From Pseudomonadota bacterium (lineage in GTDB: Bacteria > Bdellovibrionota > FAC87 > UBA2466), in NCBI GenBank assembly GCA_043718025.1, contig JAYSWN010000068.1:1-64000 (forward strand): a stretch of 64,000 nt of DNA. The letters are read 5' to 3'. The translations under genes and the position numbers were made by a program. The notes below the pieces were generated by a model. It was not told where the DNA came from, did no database searches, and worked only from the letters and a program-made list of their open reading frames with translations. Shown piece after piece: positions 1 to 9,267 of this stretch (its first letter is position 1; each line of letters starts with the position of its first letter).

Positions 1-92
1 TTTCGCATGAATCACCTCGCCTTATCCGATCACGAATGAACTAGATTTATAGGGATTAGCGGCTTCCAGGAAATGACGCTTGATACTGCCTA

Positions 93-108
93 TGCAAGGA
101 GTTCGCCA
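93..108 (-). promoter_or_regulatory. Putative sigma54 (-24/-12) promoter for a gene starting at nt 9 and running off the window
   Basis: Minus strand reads TGGCGA-ACTCC-TTGCA with exact GG-N10-GC spacing; downstream GAGGTG RBS and ATG at 9..7. Confidence 0.55.
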
Positions 109-143
109 AGTTACGTACACTGTGGGTGCGCGGGCGGCGGGAG

Positions 144-182
144 AAACAAAAAGCCCCGGATCCGCTGGGACGAATCCGGAGC
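144..182 (-). terminator. Rho-independent terminator after the lipoprotein gene
   Basis: Minus strand GCTCCGGATTCG...CGGATCCGGGGC stem followed by TTTTTGTTT, ~30 nt after the stop at 211. Confidence 0.6.
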
Positions 183-210
183 CTGTGCAGTTTGGGTTTT
201 GAAAAGGAGT

Positions 211-1146
211 CTATCGGCCACACTGGAAAGTAGCGGCGCCGGTACTTCCATTTAACTCGGTCATGACGCCGAAAATGTAGCCCCAAGTTCGACAAATGTG
301 CCCGGCCAAAGTGCGCGTATGAAAGTATCGATTGGAATCTCCGTTGTTGTAGTTAATTCCATAGGTGGCGCCCCAGTAGACGTTGAAGGCTTTGTTGATG
401 CACGAGTAAAGCAGCGAGATGATCGAGGCCCCTCCCCCGTAATGCAACATGAGACCACCGTAAACTTGGCTTCCGCCCAAATTCCTAGCTCCCCGGGCAG
501 CGCCCGAATCATTGAAGATGTGTTGGTTCTCGCTATCGTAGGAATGCCCGTTGACCTGGGGAATCCCAACGCTTCCGTAGAAGTAGCCCGGTACCCAACG
601 TTTCACACCGTGTACGCAGGCGATGCAGACTTGACCGTTATTGGCGTTCACCCATTGGAAAACTCCGCCTCCGGTCCAACCCATACGGCTGCAAATGCTG
701 TCCGCGGCACTTGAAATCCACTGATAGTAGTAGCGATTGATTTGTCCGTAGCGCAGCAAAGGCTGGCCCAAATACACATTCAGCTCGCCGTAGCTCGTAA
801 GATAAAGGCGGGAAGTCGGACCACCATAGTTGATGTCGATGATGCCCCGGCCAAGCGAACTTGGGATTTCCTTTGGGATTTCCGTTAGGGGATCGAGGGG
901 TTTAACCTCCACCGCGTTCGCGACTCCTTCCTTGACGGCCGCATTTTCGGAAATTTCCTGGATAAGATTTTCGGGAACCGCGCCGTAAGTCCCGTCTCCG
1001 GGTAGCACCGCGATCGGATCCAAGGAGTGTTTGTTTATTTCATGAACGATTGACCCTCCCTCCTCACGCACCGTGCAACCCACGGAAAACAAGCTGCCGA
1101 TCAGGTATACGGCGACCATATAAACCAACGATGTTTTCTTATTCAT
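211..1146 (-). CDS. Hypothetical lipoprotein with two divergent Cys/Tyr/Gly-rich repeats
   Basis: GGAGG RBS before ATG at 1146; lipobox-like FSVGC; repeats YGG..NVYxG..NRY..AxxICxxxG..C. Confidence 0.7.
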   Translation of the reverse strand: MNKKTSLVYMVAVYLIGSLFSVGCTVREEGGSIVHEINKHSLDPIAVLPGDGTYGAVPENLIQEISENAAVKEGVANAVEVKPLDPLTEIPKEIPSSLGRGIIDINYGGPTSRLYLTSYGELNVYLGQPLLRYGQINRYYYQWISSAADSICSRMGWTGGGVFQWVNANNGQVCIACVHGVKRWVPGYFYGSVGIPQVNGHSYDSENQHIFNDSGAARGARNLGGSQVYGGLMLHYGGGASIISLLYSCINKAFNVYWGATYGINYNNGDSNRYFHTRTLAGHICRTWGYIFGVMTELNGSTGAATFQCGR

Positions 1147-1355
1147 GTTTCCTCCAATTGCGTCCATGTCCCTATCGTGCGCCCATAGCCAATTTCACGA
1201 TACTTACATTTTTGGCTGGATTTTACCGCGCGAGGTGATGGCTCGGCATCAGGTGAAATAAAGTAGTTATTCTAGTATTTTAATGACTCAGACCGCTTCA
1301 CAAACTTCACAATTCCGTAGAGCGAAGTCCGCGCCCGTCCCCGCCAGCCCGGTTT

Positions 1356-2450
1356 TGGGGTTTGTCGGGGAGGATCGCTCTTAGAGTTGAGCAGACAGAG
1401 GTGAAGAAACCACCCTGGCGGGAAGGGTAACTGACTTGCCAGAGCGGGTGGAGTTTGAATGGACAGGCCGAATCGGTGAGATGAATGGGCATTTACCCCG
1501 AAAGAATAAAAGTTGTGGTTGCCGACCTGCGGGATAGGACGGGGAAGGCGGAAGAGAGGCGGACGTTAAGCGAGTCTACCCTCAGCCACCGGGGGCGCTG
1601 GCTCCGGCATGTTCATAAGAACCCTTTCATAAACTTGGGAGGTCCTTGGACGGGCCCGCAAGAAGCGGGCAGTGGCTGCGTGCAAACGCAGGCATGGAAG
1701 TCCAAGGAATTCAGACCACGTCATAGTAGCGAGGAACCGAGTAATGACCGGGGAGCGAAGGGCGTGGCGAAGAGAGGAAGCTAGCAGTGAAGAAATCGGA
1801 ACCGCACACAGTGGCGGACGACTTTTGCTTGTTCTTCCGACATCCATCGGCGGTAGCAACTATGAAGGTCCTGCTCAAGGCGCGCCTTACTCAATTCGGG
1901 CTCAGCATCGCGGAGGAGAAGACTCATGTAACGAACATGGGAGTCCGGGAAAATGACGAAACCCGTGGTCGGCGTCAAATGACGTTTCTTGGGTTCACGA
2001 TATATCAATCCAAGAATCGGAATCAGACGACACGTAAGACGGTGTTTCAAACGCAGGGTCAACGCTTCAGTCGGGCCAAAGCCGCCATGAAGGAAAAGAT
2101 CCTGCGAATGCGGCACTGGCCAATAGAACAACAGATGAAGGTAATCAACGCAAGTCTGCGGGGACACTTCAACTACTACGGGATTGCGGGGAACGCGAGC
2201 AAGCTCCATGAGTTCTGGAATCTGACTCGCCGGGAATGGAAACATTCCTTATCGAATCGGAGCCAGAATGGGCGTGTGAACTGGGTGAGCTTCAAGGCTC
2301 TACTCGTTAAACACCCCATGGTGTCTCCAACGATAAGACTCAGCTACCCGCAATTACCAGCTTACGTCAGGCTGTAATCAGACTCTCTTCGAAGAGCGGA
2401 GTGCGGGAAATCTGCACGCTCCGTTCTGTGGTGGGGCCGCCCTACCCGAT
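1356..2450 (+). mobile_element. Group II intron with an internal deletion of most of the RT ORF
   Basis: Domain V GAGCGGAG-TGCGGGAAATCTGCA-CG-CTCCGTTC (2393-2426); DVI-like end CCCTACCCGAT; DIII-like CCACGTCATAGTAGCG..GGAGCGAAGGGCGTGG; DII stem TCCTTGGAC/GTCCAAGGA; DI closing GTTTGT(1360)/ATAAAC(1629). The 5' end is approximate because no clean GTGYG was seen. Confidence 0.85.
1787..2377 (+). pseudogene. Truncated group II intron reverse transcriptase/maturase (RT5 remnant, RT6-7, X domain)
   Basis: VADDF in place of YADD, GLSIAEEKT, TFLGF, LRGHFNYYG, LSNRSQ; RT0-4 absent; no endonuclease domain. Confidence 0.85.
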
Positions 2451-2680
2451 CACCCACTACCCACCACCCCTCGTTCATCGTGCGAGCGCAACTTGGCACT
2501 TGCCCTCTTTACGGTTGTGAGGCCCACTCCAAAATGCTCGCTCAGTTGCCTTGTCCGCCAGCCCGCCTGTCGGAGTTTTGCCAGCTCGTCCAGGTCAATG
2601 CGCGGCCTTTCCCATCGGGCCGGGTACTCCAGTACCACTGTCCTTGGTTCGACTAGATTGGCGTAGCCTCCACCATTTCT
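2450..2680 (-). pseudogene. Small HTH-containing ORF remnant
   Basis: LRQAGWRTRQLSEHFGVGLTTVKR is HTH-like; no independent start, and the upstream part overlaps the XRE gene in another frame. Confidence 0.4.
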
Positions 2681-3242
2681 AGGCGTAACGAAGGCTAACA
2701 AAACCCTCGGCCATCCTTTTGCCCCTTTGAATGTAGACATAATGCTTTCCGGGCTGAAACTCGGTGAACTCACCGGCGCGAAGCTCAATCTCATGCCCGC
2801 GGGCTGAGACAATCATCTCGCCCCTTTGCACGAAAATAGAGACGATCGTACCGGGCGGTCGGATGGCATCGTGTTGACCAGCCTTTAGAAATCGAAACCA
2901 GAATAGTTCATTCTTTCGGTCATGACCCCGCACGTTGATGGGGAAACTTTCAAACGCCTTGTCGTTAGAAAGACGGCGCTCCACCTCAGAAAGACTGGTC
3001 TTAAAAAAGAGCGGCTCGTCATCAAGTCCCGCAACGACTTCGCCAAGTGTCATGCCCATCCCCTTAGCGAGCTTGCGAAGGGTGGTTACCGTGGGCGTAG
3101 TCTTTCCAGCTTCGATCTTAGAGATCATCGCTCGGCTAAGGTTAGACTCTTTGGCAAAACGCTTAATTGAAATCCCTCGGCTTTGGCGGAGGCGCTGCAC
3201 CAGAGCGCTAATTGTCTTGCGATCAAAGTCTTCTGAGTTCAT
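2679..3242 (-). CDS. XRE-family HTH regulator with C-terminal cupin domain
   Basis: LRQSRGISIKRFAKESNLSRAMISKIEAGKTTPTVTTLRKLA; cupin-like C-terminus; divergent from the PhzF gene. Confidence 0.85.
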   Translation of the reverse strand: MNSEDFDRKTISALVQRLRQSRGISIKRFAKESNLSRAMISKIEAGKTTPTVTTLRKLAKGMGMTLGEVVAGLDDEPLFFKTSLSEVERRLSNDKAFESFPINVRGHDRKNELFWFRFLKAGQHDAIRPPGTIVSIFVQRGEMIVSARGHEIELRAGEFTEFQPGKHYVYIQRGKRMAEGFVSLRYA

Positions 3243-3299
3243 GGGGTGATACTATAGTGCCATATTGATACTTTAGTAAGTAGAGAGTAATTCTACCCC

Positions 3300-4202
3300 A
3301 TGACCTCATTTGTGACCCAATCGCCGGCATCAATCCAAGTCCACATCGTACGCGCTTTTACCAGAGACGGGGTGGGAGGCAATCCCGCCGGCGTCGTTCT
3401 GGACTCTTCGGGACTAACCGCAGCGGATCGGCAAGTCATTGCCGCCGAACTAAACTTAAGCGAAACGGCTTTCCTCGAGCGAAATAGCGGGGGCGGCTAT
3501 CACCTTGAATTTTTCACCCCGACCCGCCCCATTGCAAACTGCGGGCACGCCACAATCGCCACGTTCGCATTGCTTCGCGCAAAAGGTTTAGAGAAGAATA
3601 GTGTCGCGGCAGTTTCTATCGCCGGCAACGCAGTCCAGATTTTTTTTGATGGGGATTTGGTGTTTATGGAACAACGAGGCCCGGTCTATGAAGCCCTTGA
3701 ATCGCCGACAAAATTAAAAGTAATTGAGTCACTGGGTTTATCGTCGAACGGTCTGAACAACGTATTCTCTCCCCAGATCGTCGATACTGGAAATCGATTT
3801 CTGCTCGTTGGCCTGGCGTCCAAAAGAGAATTGGCCTCGATTAGACCTGATTTTGATCTCATTCAAGAGTTTAGCGAAGTTCATCAAACGATTGGCTACT
3901 ATGTTTTCGTTCCTACCGAAGGTGATTTTAGCGCCACCACGCGTATGTTTGCGCCTCGGTTTGGCATCAAAGAGGAGTCAGCCACCGGTATGGCCGCAGG
4001 CCCTCTGGCCGCGGCCTTGATTGAAAAACTAGATTACCCCGCGCGAAATTTGCGCGTGCTTCAGGGCGAGTTTATGAGTCCACCTTGCCCCTCAGAGTTG
4101 TTGATCAGACCTCAAATGAACGGCACCACCCTCTCTCGGCTGCTTGTGGGAGGCCGCGCAACTGCGGTTGAAGAGCGAACCATTCAAATTCATCGATTGT
4201 AG
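3300..4202 (+). CDS. PhzF-family isomerase
   Basis: AFT..GGNPAGVV, LSETAF, CGHATIA, EESATG motifs. Confidence 0.9.
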   Translation: MTSFVTQSPASIQVHIVRAFTRDGVGGNPAGVVLDSSGLTAADRQVIAAELNLSETAFLERNSGGGYHLEFFTPTRPIANCGHATIATFALLRAKGLEKNSVAAVSIAGNAVQIFFDGDLVFMEQRGPVYEALESPTKLKVIESLGLSSNGLNNVFSPQIVDTGNRFLLVGLASKRELASIRPDFDLIQEFSEVHQTIGYYVFVPTEGDFSATTRMFAPRFGIKEESATGMAAGPLAAALIEKLDYPARNLRVLQGEFMSPPCPSELLIRPQMNGTTLSRLLVGGRATAVEERTIQIHRL

Positions 4203-4250
4203 GGGCTAACGCCGTGACCGCCGGCTACCTAAGCTGCTATACCTCAGCGC

Positions 4251-5021
4251 ATGCCCGCCACCCGTCCTATTCGAAGTAAAAAACTGCCACAAGCCACATT
4301 CGATAAATACGATTACTACCAGCGTGCGGTACAGGCGCCCTCAAATACTTGTGACCTGTTGCTAGAGATTTACCAGACCAAGAATCCAAAGCGAATGCCG
4401 CGCATCATCCGCGAAGATTTTGCGGGAACTTTTGCCAATTCTCAGGCGTGGGTCAAAAAATCGCCCCACAACGTGGCCATCGCCGTCGACTATGACTCTG
4501 GCCCATTGGAATACGGCGAAAAACGGGCCGCTCAAGGCTTAACCGATGAAGAACAACAGCGGCTGACCGTTTACGAAGCCGACGTTAGGTACTCTAAATT
4601 TCCGCCGGCGGATATGATCTATGCGTTTAATTATTCGACCGGCTACTTGCTCAACCGTCCGCTGTTGAAAGACTACCTAAAAAAGTGTCTGGGTAAACTG
4701 CGTCGGCACGGCGTCGTGGTCATCGACTGCCTAATCGACGTGGAAGATCCGGCCCGCCGCGAGAGAAAAGCGGAGGGCTTTACCTACGTTTGGCACCGCC
4801 AGGCTTTCGATACGCTCACCCGCCACGCCCGTTTCGCCATCCATTTTCAATTGCCTGGCGAGCCGCCACACCTTGATCAATTTGTTTATGACTGGAGAAT
4901 GTGGACCCCGGCCGAAATCAACGACCTCATGGTCGAAGTTGGCTTCGCCGAGATCATCTTCTATTGCGACCCAAAAAACCTAAGCCACCCTAGACTGGTG
5001 CACATTGCCGGACGCCGATAA
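4251..5021 (+). CDS. Class I SAM-dependent methyltransferase-like protein
   Basis: REDFAGT motif I variant, AVDYD, ADV, FVYDWRMWT. Confidence 0.7.
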   Translation: MPATRPIRSKKLPQATFDKYDYYQRAVQAPSNTCDLLLEIYQTKNPKRMPRIIREDFAGTFANSQAWVKKSPHNVAIAVDYDSGPLEYGEKRAAQGLTDEEQQRLTVYEADVRYSKFPPADMIYAFNYSTGYLLNRPLLKDYLKKCLGKLRRHGVVVIDCLIDVEDPARRERKAEGFTYVWHRQAFDTLTRHARFAIHFQLPGEPPHLDQFVYDWRMWTPAEINDLMVEVGFAEIIFYCDPKNLSHPRLVHIAGRR

Positions 5022-5026
5022 TGCCC

Positions 5027-5117
5027 AAAAGGTGCCCATCTACTTTACGGCCGGAAAAGTGCCGGGTGTGAATCACACCCGCCGCCTTTTCAGGTGGGGA
5101 GTAGAGGGGCACCGTTT
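5027..5117. repeat. ~90-nt imperfect inverted repeat between convergent genes
   Basis: Nested arms GGTGCCC/GGGCACC, TCTACT/AGTAGA, GAAAAG/CTTTTC, CGGGTGTGA/TCACACCCG. Confidence 0.75.
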
Positions 5118-5128
5118 CAGGTTTGAGA

Positions 5129-5890
5129 CTATTGGCAGTAATTTTTAAATGTGGGTGAATTCGATATGGGAGAGCTTTTAGTACGATTCCAGCATAGCGA
5201 TACCAAAGGATTTCGCTCGTTTAGTGACCCATCATCAAGCCGAATTCGTTCATCCAGCTTTTCCGCAATCTGATTTTTCATTTGTACCGAAAAGGCCGCA
5301 CTGCTGCCCCATTTTTCTTCCACAAAATCGGCCCCGCCATCGTAGCTTGAACAACTTCTAAAAAGGCCACTTGGAAATGCCTCAGTTAAGTAAATTTCAA
5401 GGGATTCGCCATTGCGGTTTGAAATTGTATCGTCTTCTATCGTGGGACAAGAAGGGGCCATTTGATTTTGGGTTGGAGATTCATATTTACAGTTTGCCTT
5501 TGTGCAGTTGGCACTTTTACCCGTAACTAAATCGAATGAGCCGGCTAAGACTGGAAACGACTCAAACTTACAATGAAGAGCATTAGGTTTAAGGCTAAAC
5601 TTTACTAAATACTCGATCGAACAATCGAAATGGCTGCCATTTCTGTCTTTGTTTTCTCTAGCTGGCCCGGTTGCTTTATAAGAAATATTAGTGATTTCCG
5701 CGGCCCGATCTTCGTTACCCATGACGACTTCGGTAGGATAGTATCTGCATTCAACCTGTTCCTCATTGAACACGCTGCTATCACATTGTGTGACTGCCAA
5801 ATTTACAGCAGCCACCTTTTTTACCTTTTGGCCTAAAGCCCACTGCCCACTGATTAATAATAGAATGATTACGGGGATGTTTTTCATCAC
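5129..5890 (-). CDS. Hypothetical secreted Cys-rich protein
   Basis: Signal peptide, many Cys, AT-richer than neighbours, AGGAG RBS. Confidence 0.65.
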   Translation of the reverse strand: MMKNIPVIILLLISGQWALGQKVKKVAAVNLAVTQCDSSVFNEEQVECRYYPTEVVMGNEDRAAEITNISYKATGPARENKDRNGSHFDCSIEYLVKFSLKPNALHCKFESFPVLAGSFDLVTGKSANCTKANCKYESPTQNQMAPSCPTIEDDTISNRNGESLEIYLTEAFPSGLFRSCSSYDGGADFVEEKWGSSAAFSVQMKNQIAEKLDERIRLDDGSLNERNPLVSLCWNRTKSSPISNSPTFKNYCQ

Positions 5891-6012
5891 GAAGACTCCT
5901 GGTTAGTTGGTTGTGAATCTATGGTCCTCCTTTTTGAAGTAAGTTTGCACATACCGTTTTGGCTGATTAAAGTTGCTTTTCTGGGGGACCCGCGAGCGGA
6001 TATAATCCAACG

Positions 6013-7047
6013 ATGACGGCCACTTCCCTTGACGAAAAAATTGGGCAAATGCTTATCGTAGGCTTTAAGGGGTTTGAGCTAAATCCTGAAAGTACCGTAG
6101 CCAAAGACCTTAGCTATCGAAAGATCGGCGGGGTCATTCTCTTTGATAAAGACATGACCACGGCTTCGGCGCGTAACGTTCAAAGCCCCTCCCAAGTGAA
6201 AAAATTGGTGGCCCAGGCCAAAGCGCTAGGTGCGCCCAAACTCATCGTTGGTATCGATCACGAAGGCGGGTTTGTTTGCCGGCTTAAAGAAAAGTACGGC
6301 TTTCCCAAAACAAGGACTGCTCTAGAGTTGGGGCAGCTGCCTGAAGATGAGTTTATTGTGGCGATCGGCCAATTGGTGAACACCCTGGCCGAAGTCGGAA
6401 TCAACTTTAACTTCGCTCCGTCAGTTGATGTAAATGTAAATTCTTTAAGTCCCGCCATCGGCAAGTACGATCGCAGTTTTTCGGCCGATCCAGAAGTGGT
6501 GGCCGCCAAGGCGGCAGTCTTTGTGGAGCAGCACCGACAACGGCGCGTACTTACGTCACTTAAGCACTTTCCGGGCCACGGTAGTTCACGCGAGGATTCG
6601 CATCTGGGCATGACCGACATCACCGAAACATGGAAAGACATTGAGTTGACCCCCTTCGCGCGGCTGATCAAATCGGGCCACGTCGATGCGGTGATGACGG
6701 CCCACGTCTTTCACCGTGCCTTAGATCCGAAATACCCGGCGACGCTTTCGCCCACCATTATCCCCGAGATACTCAGAAAGCGGATGGGGTTCAATGGCGT
6801 GGTGATTAGCGATGACTTACAGATGGGAGCTATCACCAATTTCTATGGCCTTGAGATCGCCATTGAACTGGCGCTCAATGCCGATATCGATATTTTGAGC
6901 TTCGGTAACAACGTTTTGTTCGACGAATGCATCGCCGAAAAAGCAATTGCCGTGATTAAGAATCTGTTGGCGATTGGCGCGGTTACCGAGTCACGCATTG
7001 AACGATCGTATCAGCGAATTCAAGAGATGAAGGCGCGGCTGCCATAA
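6013..7047 (+). CDS. nagZ: GH3 beta-N-acetylhexosaminidase
   Basis: IDHEGG, KHFPGHGSSREDSH, VMTAH, ISDDLQMGAI. Confidence 0.85.
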   Translation: MTATSLDEKIGQMLIVGFKGFELNPESTVAKDLSYRKIGGVILFDKDMTTASARNVQSPSQVKKLVAQAKALGAPKLIVGIDHEGGFVCRLKEKYGFPKTRTALELGQLPEDEFIVAIGQLVNTLAEVGINFNFAPSVDVNVNSLSPAIGKYDRSFSADPEVVAAKAAVFVEQHRQRRVLTSLKHFPGHGSSREDSHLGMTDITETWKDIELTPFARLIKSGHVDAVMTAHVFHRALDPKYPATLSPTIIPEILRKRMGFNGVVISDDLQMGAITNFYGLEIAIELALNADIDILSFGNNVLFDECIAEKAIAVIKNLLAIGAVTESRIERSYQRIQEMKARLP

Positions 7048-7098
7048 TTGCTTTGGCGTGACGAAGAATGCCTTTACCGTCCATGGTAAAATTTATCC

Positions 7099-7980
7099 AT
7101 GAAACTCTTGGTTTTTGTTCTGGTCGCCAGCCTCAGCCTGACTTCCTGCGTAAAAAAAGAGCTGCGACCGGTACTCACCGTTGGACAGTTCGAATTCACG
7201 GCCGAAGACCTTGAGCGTCGTAAAAAGGTGCTTCGATTTTACTACCCCAATGAGCAGAACCCGAATGTGAAGAGGGAGCTCACGATGGGTTATACCAAAG
7301 TTCAGGCGCTTCTCGACAATGGTTTCGCCAATCTACGAGAACGCGTCATTGCCGAAGAAAAACGAATCGATGGCTCCACCCTGGATCCCGTTGGCCTGGC
7401 CAAGATAAAGCGCATTTTTGATAACGACGTAGAAAGCTATCGTCGACTGTACATCGTGCCGCTGTTAAGCGCGCCGCTTTTGAACGAGTTAGGTCGACGT
7501 CATCCCGTGGTGCAAGCCCAATCAAAAAGGAAAATCGAAGATTTTTTAGCCGCGGTTGAAAAAAGTCCGTCCCAATTCGCCACTTTGGCAAAAAGCGCGA
7601 AGCTTGAGCGCCGGCTGCTTCGAGTTTCCGAAGAACAAGGGCTTCGCTACGACGATGCGCAAAAACCGGAAGAGTATCGCGACATGGCCAAACCCCCGGC
7701 AGACGTAAGTCCCCTACTTTTAGAGCGTTGGAAAAGCATGAGTCAGACTGACGAAACGAATGAGGCGCAACGCTGGGTGCGGGAGGTGGCGGTTTCATTA
7801 AAGCCCGGCGGAATGAGCCCCAAAATTTTTGATCGCGGAGCAACCTGGATGGCGGTTCGTTTTATCGGCACCGATAAAAAAACGAACGATGTGTTATTCG
7901 AAACAGCTGAAGTGGCGAAAGATAAAATAAGCGAGTGGGTCGATCGAGAGATTGCCAAAGTTAAGATCGTTGGCGAATGA
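7099..7980 (+). CDS. Hypothetical lipoprotein, possibly SurA/PrsA-like
   Basis: Lipobox LTSC; weak parvulin-like C-terminal segment (SLKPGGMS). Confidence 0.55.
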   Translation: MKLLVFVLVASLSLTSCVKKELRPVLTVGQFEFTAEDLERRKKVLRFYYPNEQNPNVKRELTMGYTKVQALLDNGFANLRERVIAEEKRIDGSTLDPVGLAKIKRIFDNDVESYRRLYIVPLLSAPLLNELGRRHPVVQAQSKRKIEDFLAAVEKSPSQFATLAKSAKLERRLLRVSEEQGLRYDDAQKPEEYRDMAKPPADVSPLLLERWKSMSQTDETNEAQRWVREVAVSLKPGGMSPKIFDRGATWMAVRFIGTDKKTNDVLFETAEVAKDKISEWVDREIAKVKIVGE

Positions 7981-8275
7981 CGGCCACTTTTTTCCGAGAA
8001 TTCCAGAATAAAAATCCAATCGAAATGAACAACGCGAGATAAAAAGGGTTCACCCAGGCCGGCAGCTCAGGAATCGAAGTGGGAGGGCAGCACTGAAATA
8101 GCGTGCCGTCCTGATTAAAAGAGACGTCGTGGCAGGCAGTTTGGCTACACTGAAGGTTACACGTTGGTTCAAGGTAAACGGGTCCGGTGCAGCCGTCTTC
8201 CGCGAACGCTGGGATGGGTAGAGAGATTCCCAATCCCATCCACAACATCACCGTTGAAAAAAACAGCCTCATCAA
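7961..8275 (-). CDS. Small Cys-rich exosortase target with PEP-CTERM-like tail
   Basis: Signal peptide ending AFA; six-Cys mini-domain; IPEL motif + TM helix + RKK basic tail; overlaps the exosortase stop. Confidence 0.7.
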   Translation of the reverse strand: MMRLFFSTVMLWMGLGISLPIPAFAEDGCTGPVYLEPTCNLQCSQTACHDVSFNQDGTLFQCCPPTSIPELPAWVNPFYLALFISIGFLFWNSRKKVAVIRQRS

Positions 8276-9237
8276 GCCCCCTGCCTTTGCTTGGGCCGGT
8301 AGACAAAGTACAAAAATGCCGCGATGCCCACCAAGTAAAACGCCAAGCCCACGCCCGAATGAAACAAGGCCCGCAGCATCACTTCTGGCCGCCTATCTAA
8401 AGACGTGCGGCTTAGTCCAATTGAAAAGGCGAAAAAAGCTACGATACGGGCGATGTTTAGCGAAAACATAAAGAGCACGCCGCCTGCGTAGGCTGCGATT
8501 CGCTTTTGCAGCGAGAGCCGTCCTTTGTCGAATCCCCATACGATGGTGAAGGCAAAGAGAAATAGAAAAATACCTTCGAGCCCCGAACACGGTTTCATAA
8601 ACTGCGCCGTCAGCACCCGGTGTTGCAGAAAGAGGGTGTGACCCATCTGGTAACGCACATCCATGCCGAGCAGATTCAGCGCGTGGTAAACACAAACGCC
8701 TACCAAACGGGCGATGTGCTTCCAATAGTAGTTAATGATGAAGGGGTAGATCGCTAAGAAAAAAATACCCAGTAAAACCGCCAGCGTGGGCCGCTTATTG
8801 GCCACGAAGCGCAGTTTCCATTCCGAAAAGGGGACCAAAACTAAAAGGCTCGACATTAACGTGGCCGCAAAGAGAGCAAGTAAAATGTAGGACGACGCTT
8901 TGGCTCCCACCGCAACCGTGAATGGATCGAACAGCGAGATCTGCAGAGCGAAAATGGCTGAAACGGCGAGATGCAAAAGGAGTCCAAATTTTTGTGGACC
9001 GGGAACAAAGGCCCCGGTTTTATGGTAAAGCCAAAACAATACCGCTACACCTACGGTCATACCCGGCAGCACATCGGTTTGATAAAAGCCGACGGAAAAA
9101 ATGTTGCGACCTAAAATTCCGTGCCAGGCCCAGCGAATAAAAAATAACTCAATTAGGGGAAGGGCAAATAAAGCTAGGCCCTGAACAATGACGTGTTGGC
9201 TCAATTTTTTATTTGGGTTCATGAGAAGTTCGGACAA
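8272..9237 (-). CDS. Exosortase/archaeosortase-family protein
   Basis: Multi-TM; PCSGLEG (Cys), LNIARI (Arg), LFH (His) triad motifs. Confidence 0.85.
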   Translation of the reverse strand: MSELLMNPNKKLSQHVIVQGLALFALPLIELFFIRWAWHGILGRNIFSVGFYQTDVLPGMTVGVAVLFWLYHKTGAFVPGPQKFGLLLHLAVSAIFALQISLFDPFTVAVGAKASSYILLALFAATLMSSLLVLVPFSEWKLRFVANKRPTLAVLLGIFFLAIYPFIINYYWKHIARLVGVCVYHALNLLGMDVRYQMGHTLFLQHRVLTAQFMKPCSGLEGIFLFLFAFTIVWGFDKGRLSLQKRIAAYAGGVLFMFSLNIARIVAFFAFSIGLSRTSLDRRPEVMLRALFHSGVGLAFYLVGIAAFLYFVYRPKQRQGA

Positions 9238-9267
9238 ATCTATCAGAACTCCACGCTATCGAAAACT

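Noticed and set aside
1325..1346. tRNA 3' end (..CGCCCGTCCCCGCCA) just before the intron
   Set aside because: No TTCRA T-loop at the right spacing and no 5' half; too short to support
211..2450. Diversity-generating retroelement or retron (RT next to a Tyr/Asn-rich repeat protein)
   Set aside because: The RT fragment is embedded in clear group II intron RNA domains and is truncated; no TR/VR pair differing only at adenines was seen
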